DNA from: Candidatus Saccharimonadota bacterium
GTDB lineage: Bacteria > Bacteroidota > Bacteroidia > Flavobacteriales > Blattabacteriaceae
Direction of reading: 5' to 3'
DNA length: 32,000 nt
Assembly: GCA_029851085.1 (NCBI GenBank)
Contig: CP100318.1
Coordinates: 60,001 to 92,000, forward strand
Shown here piece by piece: positions 8,866-17,842 of the stretch. Below the pieces are notes generated by a model. The model worked only from the letters and a program-made list of their open reading frames with translations. It was not told where the DNA came from and made no database searches. Positions within the stretch are counted from its first letter, which is position 1; every line of letters starts with the position of its first letter. The position numbers and the translations under genes are program-made.

Positions 8866-9839
8866 TGAATTTTTTATTCAAAATTTTTTTGTCTTTTATT
8901 TTTTCTTTATTTATTTCAATTTTTTTTGGTAAAAAATATATAATATATATGCAAAAAAAAAATATGGGAAAATATAAGATTTTTAGATTTACCTAAAAAT
9001 AATAATAAAAAAAAAATTCCTTCTATGGGAGGAATAATAATTATTATTTCTACATTAATTTCAACGTTAATATTTGATCATTTTAATATATATATATTAA
9101 TACTTATTATAACAACTTTATGGATGGGATTGACGGGATTTATAGATGATTATATCAAAATTTTTTTAAAAAAAAAACAAGGAATTACAAAAATGACTAA
9201 ATTAATTAGTCAATTAATATTAGGAATATTAATAGGTTCTATCTTATATAAAATAAAATTAATTAATAATCCTAATTATTATTATTATATAAATAATAAC
9301 ACGTTATTTGATATAATATTATTTATACTAATAACTAGTAGTTTGATTATATTAATATCTAATGCTGCTAATATTACAGATGGTATAGATGGATTAACAG
9401 CTTCTATTTCTACAATTATTATATTCGCAATAATATTATTATTAGTAAAACTAAATATTAATGAATTATTAATATATCTTTAATAGGATCTTTAATTGGA
9501 TTTTTATGGTATAATACTTATCCTGCTCAAATATTTATGGGAGATACTGGTAGTTTAACTATTGGAGCAATAATTGCTGTAATTGCAATTATTATTAATA
9601 AAATATTACTTATTTTAAGTTTGTCTACAATTTTTATTATTGAATTTTTATCTATTATAATACAAATTTTTTATTTTAAAATAACTAAAATAAAATATGG
9701 ACAAGGTAAAAGAATTTTTCTAATGTCACCATTACATCATCATTTTCAAAAATTGGGTTATCATGATAATAAAATTTTTATTAGATTTATTATAATTCAA
9801 TTAATAATTGAATTATCATTATTAATTTTTTTTAATTAA
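8865..9839 (+). pseudogene. mraY: phospho-N-acetylmuramoyl-pentapeptide transferase, split into three frame segments
   Basis: The ATG at 8865 overlaps the murE stop (TAATG). Segment 1 reads MNFLFKIFLSFIFSLFISIFFGKKYIIYMQKK. Segment 2, in frame +1 after the A10 run at 8953-8962, reads ..ENIRFLDLPKNNNKKKIPSMGG..GFIDDYIKI..NAANITDGIDGL. Segment 3, in frame -1 relative to segment 2, reads [39 protein letters not shown]. The second shift is confined to 9465-9483, between a TGA in the downstream frame and a TAA in the upstream frame, with no homopolymer. Confidence 0.85.
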
Positions 9840-10958
9840 TTTTTTTAAAATTATATAAACTGGTAAATGATCACTATAACCACCTATATATTTATTACCT
9901 TTAAAAGTTCTAAATGGAAATTCTTTATTCCCAATTGTTAAATAAGGTTTTTTAAAAATTTCTACTTTATCCATATGATATTGAAATGGATCAATGTTAT
10001 AATACAAATTATATGATAACATTATTTGATCTAGACAATTCCATTTATTTTTAAACATATAAGTACCTTTTTTTTTAGAACAAATATTTATCATAGGATT
10101 ATATATAATATTATTATATTTATATAATATGCTTTTAATTGAATTATTATTAGGATTATCGTTAAAATCTCCCATTATAATAATTTTTGAATTTTTATTT
10201 TTATTTTGAATTTCATTAATAATGGATATTAATACTTTAGAAGCTTTATTACGTTTAATATAACTCTTGTGACTAATTTTAGAAGGCCAATGATTAACAA
10301 TAATATAAATATATTCTCCATCTAATTTTCCTTCTACTAATAATATATCTCTAGTATAAATTCTATTATTATTTTTTCCATATATAATTATATCATAATA
10401 TTTTATATTATAAGGAATAAATCTTTGTTTATTATAGATTATTCCACAATCTATCCCTCTAGGATCATAAGAATTATGATGAATAATTCCATAATTATAT
10501 TTTCTTAAACAAGGTTGATTTATTAAATCTAATAAAACTATTTTATTTTCTATTTCTGCTAAACCTACAATAACTGGTGGATTATTATAATAATTTATTT
10601 GAGATATAACTTTAGAAATATTTCTTAATTTTATTTTATATTTTTTTACATTCCATTTTTTAATTCCATTAATAGTAAAATCATTATTGAATATTATAGG
10701 TTTTAATATTTTAAAATTTTTTTTATAAGTAATGTTTGTTAATTTACTATTTAAAGGAATACTTAGGTGAATAGATCCATTATAATCAATTGATTGAATT
10801 GGATCAAAGAAATTTTCTACATTATAAAATGCTATAATAGCTATTTTATAATTATTTTGTTTTTTTTTAACCCAAAAAACAAAACTTAATAAAAAAATTA
10901 TTATAATAATTATTATTAAAATATAAAATTTATTATATAATTTATTATAAAATTTCAT
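9822..10958 (-). CDS. endonuclease/exonuclease/phosphatase (EEP) family protein with an N-terminal membrane anchor
   Basis: 378 aa. EEP-type motifs in order: [41 protein letters not shown]. Its 3' end overlaps the mraY 3' end convergently by 18 bp. Confidence 0.75.
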   Translation of the reverse strand: MKFYNKLYNKFYILIIIIIIIFLLSFVFWVKKKQNNYKIAIIAFYNVENFFDPIQSIDYNGSIHLSIPLNSKLTNITYKKNFKILKPIIFNNDFTINGIKKWNVKKYKIKLRNISKVISQINYYNNPPVIVGLAEIENKIVLLDLINQPCLRKYNYGIIHHNSYDPRGIDCGIIYNKQRFIPYNIKYYDIIIYGKNNNRIYTRDILLVEGKLDGEYIYIIVNHWPSKISHKSYIKRNKASKVLISIINEIQNKNKNSKIIIMGDFNDNPNNNSIKSILYKYNNIIYNPMINICSKKKGTYMFKNKWNCLDQIMLSYNLYYNIDPFQYHMDKVEIFKKPYLTIGNKEFPFRTFKGNKYIGGYSDHLPVYIILKKLIKKN

Positions 10959-10961
10959 TTT

Positions 10962-11441
10962 TTAATTAATAATTTTTAATATTAAAAATTTTAATTTAAA
11001 AAAATAATTATCAATTATTAAGTGGCTTAATTTAAGTAAATTTAAATAATTTTTATTTAAATTTTTATTAGGAAATAATTGGTATTTTTGATTTAAAAAA
11101 TCAAAGAAATAAATTATTATTAATAATAATAATAAATTATTAATTATTCCCAATAATATACCTAATAATTTATCAACATTATTATTTGTCTTTTTTATAT
11201 TAAAAAATATAGATATTGTTATATAACTTGTTATAAAACATATAATAAATGATAATATATATGAAAATTTCTCGTGTTTTAATATAACATTAAAATGTTT
11301 TGATATTGTTATATAACATAACATACTCATATATAAAGAAAAAAATGCTTTACATAAAGTAAATAATTGTGATAAAAATCCTTTAGAGTAACCATTGTAT
11401 CCTCCAATAATTAATGGAATGAATATAATTAAATCAATCAT
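10962..11441 (-). CDS. CvpA-family integral membrane protein
   Basis: 159 aa and polytopic. The N-terminus MIDLIIFIPLIIGGYNGYSKGFLSQLF matches the CvpA-family pattern. Confidence 0.65.
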   Translation of the reverse strand: MIDLIIFIPLIIGGYNGYSKGFLSQLFTLCKAFFSLYMSMLCYITISKHFNVILKHEKFSYILSFIICFITSYITISIFFNIKKTNNNVDKLLGILLGIINNLLLLLIIIYFFDFLNQKYQLFPNKNLNKNYLNLLKLSHLIIDNYFFKLKFLILKIIN

Positions 11442-11462
11442 ATTAAATAATATTTAAATTAT

Positions 11463-12485
11463 ATGATTAAAATAATTAAAAAATTAGAAGAAGAAATTAA
11501 ATTATTTAAAATAAATAATATTGAAGATTTAGAAGTATTTAAAAAATATTTTGTTGGCAAACAAGGTTTAATAACAAAATTATTTAAAAATATAAAATAT
11601 TTATCTGAACAAGATAAGAAAAATATTGGTTTATCAATTAATAATTTAAAAATAAATGTTTTAACTAAATATAATTTTTTTAAACAAAAATGGCATAAAT
11701 TAGAAGAAAAAATTACAACAAATAAATCTTTAAAAGATTTAACTATATATAGTAATTTATTTGAAATAGGTTCTAGACATCCAATATCTATTTTAAAAAA
11801 TAAAATTATAAATATTTTTTCTAAAAAAGGATTTACTTCTATTGAAGGTCCTGAAATAGAAGATGATTGGCATAATTTTACTGCTTTAAATTTTCCTTAT
11901 GATCATCCTGCTAGAGATATGCAAGATACTTTTTTTATTAAAAAAAAAATGTTATTACGCACACATACTTCTTCAGTGCAAATTCGTTATATGGAAAATA
12001 ATAAACCTCCTATACAAATTTTATCTACTGGAAAAGTATATCGTAAAGAAGTTATTTCAATACGTTCTCATTGTATATTTAATCAAGTTGAAGGATTATA
12101 TGTAAATACTAATGTTTCTTTTATAGATCTTAAAAAGATAATTGAATATTTTATTAATACATTATTTAATGATATACCTTTTAGATTAAGACCTTCATAT
12201 TTTCCATTTACTGAACCTAGTGCAGAAGTAGATATATATTTAGGATTAAATAATAAAGTCAATAAAATTATTACTAATAATACTGGATGGTTAGAAATTA
12301 TGGGTTGTGGAATGGTTGATCCATATGTATTAAAAAATGTAAATATAGATCCTGAAATTTATTCAGGTTTTGCTTTTGGAATAGGTATTGAACGAATAGC
12401 TTTATTATATTTTAATATAAATGATATTAGAATTTTTTTTCAAAATGATATTCGTTTTTTAAAACAATTTAAAAGTAGTTTTTAA
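11463..12485 (+). CDS. pheS: phenylalanine--tRNA ligase alpha subunit
   Basis: 340 aa. Class II motifs are present: [46 protein letters not shown]. Confidence 0.92.
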   Translation: MIKIIKKLEEEIKLFKINNIEDLEVFKKYFVGKQGLITKLFKNIKYLSEQDKKNIGLSINNLKINVLTKYNFFKQKWHKLEEKITTNKSLKDLTIYSNLFEIGSRHPISILKNKIINIFSKKGFTSIEGPEIEDDWHNFTALNFPYDHPARDMQDTFFIKKKMLLRTHTSSVQIRYMENNKPPIQILSTGKVYRKEVISIRSHCIFNQVEGLYVNTNVSFIDLKKIIEYFINTLFNDIPFRLRPSYFPFTEPSAEVDIYLGLNNKVNKIITNNTGWLEIMGCGMVDPYVLKNVNIDPEIYSGFAFGIGIERIALLYFNINDIRIFFQNDIRFLKQFKSSF

Positions 12486-13218
12486 TTTAATAAATTTTTT
12501 ACGTTACGTTGTCTTACAACTTCATATAAAATAGCACCACATGCTACTGAAACATTTAGTGAATCAACATTTCTTTGCATAGGAAGTTTAATTTTTTTAT
12601 TACAAAGAATTAAAATTGATGAAGATATTCCTTTATTTTCACTTCCTAAAATTATAGCTGTAGGAATAGAAAAATCATTTTCATACCAAATAAAACCTTT
12701 TTTTTCTGTAGCTGCAACTATATGTATTCCACAATTTTTAATATATAAAATTGTTTTTTCTAAATTGTTTTCTTGACATATTGGGATTTTGAATATACAT
12801 CCTGATGATGTTTTAATTGAATCCGCATTTATAGGAGCTATATTTTTATTGGAAAATATAATTGCATTTACTCCTGTAGAAGCAGCAGTACGAATGATAG
12901 CTCCAAAATTTTTAACATCAGTTATACTATCTAATATTAGTAATAATGGATTTTTTTTATTTATTAAAGGTAATAATTTTTTAATTTTAAAAATTTGTAT
13001 TGGTGATATATAAGCAATAATACCTTGATGATTTTTATTTTTAATAAAATTTAATTTATGAGCATTGACAATTTGTAAAGGAATATTTTTTTTTTAATAA
13101 ATTTAAATATTTCAAAATAAGTAGATTGATTATAACCTTTTTGTATTAAAATATTATAAATAGTTTGTCCTGATTTAATAGCTTCTATTATTGGACGTAT
13201 TCCATATATATATATCAT
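12482..13218 (-). pseudogene. rlmB: TrmH/SpoU-family 23S rRNA 2'-O-ribose methyltransferase (RlmB-like), interrupted by one frameshift in an A10 run; absent from the ORF track
   Basis: Own codon-by-codon translation. From the ATG (reverse complement of 13216-13218) it reads MIYIYGIRPIIEAIKSGQTIYNILIQKGYNQSTYFEIFKFIKKK, then stops at 13051-13053. The adjacent frame is open without any stop from the T10 run (13086-13095 on +) to the TAA at 12482-12484. It reads NIPLQIVNAHKLNFIKNKNHQGIIAYISPI..LDSITDVKNFGAIIRTAASTGVNAIIFS..SSGCIFKIPI..AIILGSENKGIS..LPMQRNVDSLNVSVACGAILYEV. An 11-A tract would fuse the two parts into a 246-codon gene. Confidence 0.8.
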
Positions 13219-13240
13219 TATATTTTTTCTTTTTAAGAAA

Positions 13241-13420
13241 GATATATATATTTTTTCTTTTTATGAGATGCAAATTCATTAAGAACTGCTTGTTTTAATA
13301 AATTTTGTAAATATTCTAATTTGAGTAAAATCAGTTTTAATATCTTGTTAATTTCATTTAAAGCAAAATAATGTATGAATACCTGATCTTTTGTAGATAG
13401 GAGATTTAAATCGCTATTGC
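13241..13420 (-). pseudogene. Decayed tandem copy of the 3' part of the adjacent bifunctional-nuclease gene
   Basis: 13241-13420 aligns by eye to 13431-13656: ..atgagatgcaaattcat[9-bp gap]taagaactgcttgttttaataaattttgtaaat..ctaatttgagt..atcttgtt..atttaaagcaaaataatgt..gaatacc..cttttgtag..atttaaatcg..ctattgc. Aligned blocks are highly identical and are separated by about 8-9 short deletions. Translation is riddled with stops and frameshifts. Confidence 0.75.
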
Positions 13421-13992
13421 AGTTTTCTATTATCTATTTCTTTTTTTATATGAGATGCAAATTCATATTCTTCATTAAGAACTGCTTGTTTTAATAAATT
13501 TTGTAAATCTTCTAATTTGAGTTTTTTTAAATCATTTTTAATATCTTGTTTAAAATTATTTAAAGCAAAATAATGTTCAAAATGAATACCAGCTTGATCA
13601 CAAACTTCTTTTGTAGCATATATAGTAGATTTAAATCGTATGGCTAAAGCTATTGCATCTGATGTTCTTGAATCAATTTCTTTTTGTATTTTTTCATTAC
13701 ATAATTTTTCAAAAATTATGCGTGAAAAAAAAATACCATCATATATTTTGTATATAATTATTGATTTAATATTAAAATCAAAATTTTTTGCAAAATTTAC
13801 AAAAAGATCATGAGTAAAAGGTCTTATATGTTGATGTTTTTCTAAAGCTGAAGCAATAGACTGTGCTTCTAATATTCCTATAATAATAGGAATTTTTATT
13901 TTTCCTGATTTTTCTTCAAGTAATAAAGCATAAGCACCAGCTTGTACTTGATTATGTGATATACCACGTATATTTAATTGTATTAATTCCAT
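13414..13992 (-). CDS. bifunctional nuclease family protein (DUF151/BFN domain plus C-terminal UVR motif)
   Basis: 192 aa. The DUF151 pattern is AGAYALLLEE..IPIIIGILEAQSIASALE..RPFTHDL and DSRTSDAIALAIRF. The UVR-like helix is LEDLQNLLKQAVLNEEYEFASHIKKEI. Confidence 0.8.
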   Translation of the reverse strand: MELIQLNIRGISHNQVQAGAYALLLEEKSGKIKIPIIIGILEAQSIASALEKHQHIRPFTHDLFVNFAKNFDFNIKSIIIYKIYDGIFFSRIIFEKLCNEKIQKEIDSRTSDAIALAIRFKSTIYATKEVCDQAGIHFEHYFALNNFKQDIKNDLKKLKLEDLQNLLKQAVLNEEYEFASHIKKEIDNRKLQ

Positions 13993-14073
13993 AATTAATA
14001 AATATATATTTATTTTAATTCCATTAAAATTAATATATATTTATTAAAAAAAAATATATTTATTTATTATAAA

Positions 14074-15051
14074 ATGAAAGAATTAACATTTCGTGAAGTT
14101 ATAGTTGAAGCTATGAGTGAAGAAATGAGAAGAGATAATACTATATATCTTATGGGAGAAGAAGTAGCTGAATATAATGGTGCTTATAAAGCTTCTAAAG
14201 GTATGTTAGAAGAATTTGGTTCAAAAAGAGTTATTGATACTCCTATTTCAGAATTAGGTTTTTCTGGAATAGGTATTGGTTCAGCTATGAATGGTTGTCG
14301 TCCTATAATTGAATTTATGACTTTTAATTTTTCTTTGTTAGCTATGGATCAAATTGTTAATAATGCTGCTAAAATATCTCAAATGAGTGGTGGACAATGG
14401 AATATTCCTATCGTATTTAGAGGACCTACAGGTTCTGCTGGTCAATTAGGAGCGACTCATTCACAATCTTTTGAAAATTGGTATGCTAATTGTCCAGGAT
14501 TAAAAGTAGTAATTCCTTCAAATCCATATGATGCTAAAGGTCTTTTAAAATCATCAATACGTGATAATGATCCTGTAATTTTTATGGAATCTGAACAAAT
14601 GTATAATGAAAAAATGATGATTCCTGAAGAAGAATATTTATTACCATTAGGAGTAGCATCAATTAAAAAAAAGGGAAATGATGTAACTGTAGTATCTTTT
14701 GGAAAGATTATTAAAATTGTTTTTGAAACTATTCAATATTTTAAAGATAAAAAAATTGATATAGAAATAATTGATTTATGTACAATTCGTCCATTAGATT
14801 ATAAAACTATTTTAAATTCAGTAAAAAAAACTAATCGTTTAGTTATTGTAGAAGAATCATGGCCGTTGGCATCTATAGCATCTGAAATTACTTATGTGGT
14901 ACAAAAACAAGCTTTTGATTATCTTGATGCTCCTATTAAAAGAATAACATTACCAGATATTCCTGCTCCTTATTCAAAAAAATTATTTGACATTTGGTAT
15001 CCTAATAAATATACAGTTATTAATGCTATTAAAGAAGTATTATATATTTAA
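14074..15051 (+). CDS. pdhB: pyruvate dehydrogenase (2-oxoacid dehydrogenase) E1 component beta subunit
   Basis: 325 aa. Supporting motifs: REVIVEAMSEEMRRDNTIYLMGEEVAEYNGAYKASKGMLEEFG..RVIDTPISE and HSQSFENWYANCPGLKVV. Confidence 0.9.
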   Translation: MKELTFREVIVEAMSEEMRRDNTIYLMGEEVAEYNGAYKASKGMLEEFGSKRVIDTPISELGFSGIGIGSAMNGCRPIIEFMTFNFSLLAMDQIVNNAAKISQMSGGQWNIPIVFRGPTGSAGQLGATHSQSFENWYANCPGLKVVIPSNPYDAKGLLKSSIRDNDPVIFMESEQMYNEKMMIPEEEYLLPLGVASIKKKGNDVTVVSFGKIIKIVFETIQYFKDKKIDIEIIDLCTIRPLDYKTILNSVKKTNRLVIVEESWPLASIASEITYVVQKQAFDYLDAPIKRITLPDIPAPYSKKLFDIWYPNKYTVINAIKEVLYI

Positions 15052-15092
15052 ATTTTTTTAAATATAAAATATTTAATATTTTAAATTAAAAA

Positions 15093-15554
15093 ATGACTTT
15101 TGATGTATTAATTGAAATTCCTAGAGGTAGTCGTAATAAATATGAATTTATAAATGGTATGATTCGTTTAGATAGAATATTACATTCAACAATGAATTAT
15201 CCTGTAGATTATGGATATATTATAAATACAATTACTAATGATAATGATGCTTTAGATGCTTTAGTACTTTTAACAAATCCTACTATACCATGTTGTTTAA
15301 TTAGAACAAAACCTGTAGGAATATTTTATATGATAGATGATGGAAAACAAGATGATAAAATATTATGTGTTCCTATAAATGATCCTAATTATAATCATAT
15401 TAATAATATAAATGAAATTAATAATCATACTAAAATAGAAATTGAATTTTTTTTTAAAAATTATAAAACTCTAGAAGGTAAAATAATTGAAATTAAAGGT
15501 TGGGGAGATGCACAAGATGCAATAAAAGTTTATAAAAAATGTTTGATAAAATAA
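15093..15554 (+). CDS. ppa: inorganic pyrophosphatase (family I)
   Basis: 153 aa. Supporting motifs: IEIPRGSRNKYEF, YPVDYGYI, DALDALVL, DDKILCVP. Confidence 0.9.
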   Translation: MTFDVLIEIPRGSRNKYEFINGMIRLDRILHSTMNYPVDYGYIINTITNDNDALDALVLLTNPTIPCCLIRTKPVGIFYMIDDGKQDDKILCVPINDPNYNHINNINEINNHTKIEIEFFFKNYKTLEGKIIEIKGWGDAQDAIKVYKKCLIK

Positions 15555-16552
15555 ATTATTTATTAATAATATTTTTTTGTTTAAATATTTTAAATGCAAA
15601 AAAAGAATGTAAAAAAGAAATTAGATTTAATCTTTCACAAGAAATTATTGAACATATTATTGATTCTCATGATTTCCATATTTGTGGAAATTTAATTATT
15701 CCATTACCTATTATATTATGGGATAATGGATTTAAAATATTTTTATCTAATAAATTTTATAATCAAAAAATAGTTAATTATTCAGGTTTTTTTTATAAAA
15801 AATATAAAAATATAATATATAAAACTGATAAAAATGGAAATTTATATTTTGATAAAAATGGTAATCCTATAAATAAAAAACCATTAGATTTATCAATTAC
15901 AAAAAATGTAATAACAATTATTATTATTTCAATAATTATAATTTGTATTTTTTTAAAAATGGCTAATTCTTATAATAAATATATTATGTCGTGGACATTT
16001 GGAAAATATTTAGAACCTATTATATTATTTATAATAAATACTATAGCTATTCCTAATATAGGAATTAAAAAATATAAAGAATATTTACCATTTTTATTAA
16101 CATTATTTTTTTTTATATTAATTAATAATTTAATTGGAATATTACCTATTATTCCTAATATAACTGGAAATATTAGCATAACTTTAAGTTTAAGTTTATT
16201 TACTTTTTTTATGATTATTTCTAATAAATTATGTTGGAAACATATTTTTTGTATTCCTAATATTCCATTATTAATAAAATTTATATTAATACCTATAGAA
16301 TTTATAGAAATTTTTATTAGACCTATAACTCTTTGTATTAGGTTATTTGCTAATATTATTGCAGGACATATTTTAATATTTAGTTTAATATCTTTAATAT
16401 TTATATTTAAAAATATTTTAATAGCTAGTTTTTCAATACCTTTTGCTTTATTTATTTCTATTTTAGAGATATTAGTAGCTTTTATACAAGCATTTATATT
16501 TACTAATTTATCAGCTTTATTTATAGGTAAAATATTTAAAAAAAATCATTAA
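15539..16552 (+). CDS. atpB: F0F1 ATP synthase subunit a
   Basis: 337 aa and polytopic. The conserved region is ITLCIRLFANIIAGHIL, with the essential Arg. It is the first gene of the atp cluster and overlaps the ppa 3' end by 16 nt. Confidence 0.9.
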   Translation: MFDKINYLLIIFFCLNILNAKKECKKEIRFNLSQEIIEHIIDSHDFHICGNLIIPLPIILWDNGFKIFLSNKFYNQKIVNYSGFFYKKYKNIIYKTDKNGNLYFDKNGNPINKKPLDLSITKNVITIIIISIIIICIFLKMANSYNKYIMSWTFGKYLEPIILFIINTIAIPNIGIKKYKEYLPFLLTLFFFILINNLIGILPIIPNITGNISITLSLSLFTFFMIISNKLCWKHIFCIPNIPLLIKFILIPIEFIEIFIRPITLCIRLFANIIAGHILIFSLISLIFIFKNILIASFSIPFALFISILEILVAFIQAFIFTNLSALFIGKIFKKNH

Positions 16553-16578
16553 TATAAAAAATATAAAAAAAAATATAT

Positions 16579-16803
16579 ATGAATAATTTAATATACATAG
16601 GATTAGTTGTTTTAGGTGCAGGATTAGCAGTAATAGGTGCTAGTTTAGGTATTAGTAAGATTGGTTGTACTGCTTTACATGCAATATCTAGACAGCCTGA
16701 ATTTGCTGATAAAATTCAAAATGCTATGATTATTGTAGCTGCTCTTATAGAAGGAGCTGCTCTTTTTGGAATAGTAACAGCACTTTTAGCAGTATTTAAA
16801 TAA
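16579..16803 (+). CDS. atpE: F0F1 ATP synthase subunit c
   Basis: 74 aa hairpin proteolipid. Supporting motifs: GAGLAVIGASLG and ISRQPE..AALIEGAALFGIV. Confidence 0.92.
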   Translation: MNNLIYIGLVVLGAGLAVIGASLGISKIGCTALHAISRQPEFADKIQNAMIIVAALIEGAALFGIVTALLAVFK

Positions 16804-16806
16804 ATT

Positions 16807-17295
16807 ATGGATTTAGTAACTCCTTCAATAGGATTAATTTTTTGGCAAACAATAATATTTATTTTGCTATTTTTAATTCTTAAAAAATTTGTATGGAAAT
16901 ATATTCTTGAATATGTTGAAAAACGTGAATATAATATTCGTAAATCATTAGAATTTGTAGAAAAAGCTAAACAAGAAGTAAATATAATAAAAGAAAATAA
17001 TAATCTTTTACTGAAAGAAGCAATGTTAAAAAAAGAAAAAATTTTAAAAGAAGCTTTATATATAAAAAAAAAAATTGAATTTGAAGCTAAAGAAAATGCT
17101 AAAATTGAAAGTGAAAATATTATAAATAAAACTATGGAGAAGATTAAAAATGATAAAAAGGAAGCATTAGAAATTTTAAAAAAAGAATTAATTCAATTAT
17201 CTATTATTGCTTCTGAAAAATTATTAAAAAAAGAATTAAGTATTAAAAATACACAAGAAAATTTTTTGAATAAAATTATTGATGATTTAAAATAA
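16807..17295 (+). CDS. atpF: F0F1 ATP synthase subunit b
   Basis: 162 aa with a single N-terminal TM helix followed by a long K/E-rich coiled coil. It lies between atpE and atpH. Confidence 0.8.
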   Translation: MDLVTPSIGLIFWQTIIFILLFLILKKFVWKYILEYVEKREYNIRKSLEFVEKAKQEVNIIKENNNLLLKEAMLKKEKILKEALYIKKKIEFEAKENAKIESENIINKTMEKIKNDKKEALEILKKELIQLSIIASEKLLKKELSIKNTQENFLNKIIDDLK

Positions 17296-17304
17296 ACATT
17301 TTTA

Positions 17305-17835
17305 ATGTTAAAATTAAAAATAGCTAAAAATTATGCTAAAGGATTATTTGAATATGCAAAAATAATTAATAAAAATAATGAATTATATAATGATATAAAT
17401 AAATTTAATAAATTAATTAAAACTAATTATGTACAATTTTTTTTAAAATATCCATTAAAAAGAAAAGAAAAAATAGAATTATTTATAAAAAATTTTACTG
17501 GTTTTTCTGATATATATAAATATATAATTGAATTTATTATTAATAATAAAAGAGAAAATTTATTAGAAATGATATTATTTGAATATAAAAAAATATATCA
17601 TAAAAATTATGGAATATTAGATGTTACAATTATTACTTCTATTACATTAAATAGTTGTTTAAAAGAAAAACTTATTAAGAAAATATCAAATATTTTTAAT
17701 TTTAAAAAATTAAATATTGAATATTTAATTGATAAATCAATAATTGGAGGATTAATATTAAATATAAATTATAAACAATGGAATTTAAGTATTAAAGAGC
17801 AATTACATTATTTAAATAATAAATTAGATAAATAA
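17305..17835 (+). CDS. atpH: F0F1 ATP synthase subunit delta (OSCP)
   Basis: 176 aa. Begins [13 protein letters not shown] and has the C-terminal [22 protein letters not shown] pattern. It lies between atpF and atpA. Confidence 0.75.
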   Translation: MLKLKIAKNYAKGLFEYAKIINKNNELYNDINKFNKLIKTNYVQFFLKYPLKRKEKIELFIKNFTGFSDIYKYIIEFIINNKRENLLEMILFEYKKIYHKNYGILDVTIITSITLNSCLKEKLIKKISNIFNFKKLNIEYLIDKSIIGGLILNINYKQWNLSIKEQLHYLNNKLDK

Positions 17836-17842
17836 ATTTCTT

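Noticed and set aside
11899-12105. 68-aa ORF on the + strand inside pheS
   Set aside because: It is an alternative frame of a well-supported pheS coding region. Its low-complexity Leu/Ile/Lys/Tyr composition is typical of AT-rich off-frame ORFs.
12789-13013. 74-aa ORF on the + strand in the apparent gap after pheS
   Set aside because: It is antisense to the frameshifted rlmB-like gene, whose minus-strand translation carries clear SpoU/TrmH motifs. The + strand product has no recognisable features.
14074-15051. pdhB without an adjacent pdhA or E2 as an orphan subunit
   Set aside because: E1 alpha and beta genes are often unlinked in Flavobacteriales, as far as I recall. This cannot be judged from a 32-kb window.
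15970-16179. 69-aa ORF on the - strand
   Set aside because: It is antisense to atpB and is an AT-rich artefact.
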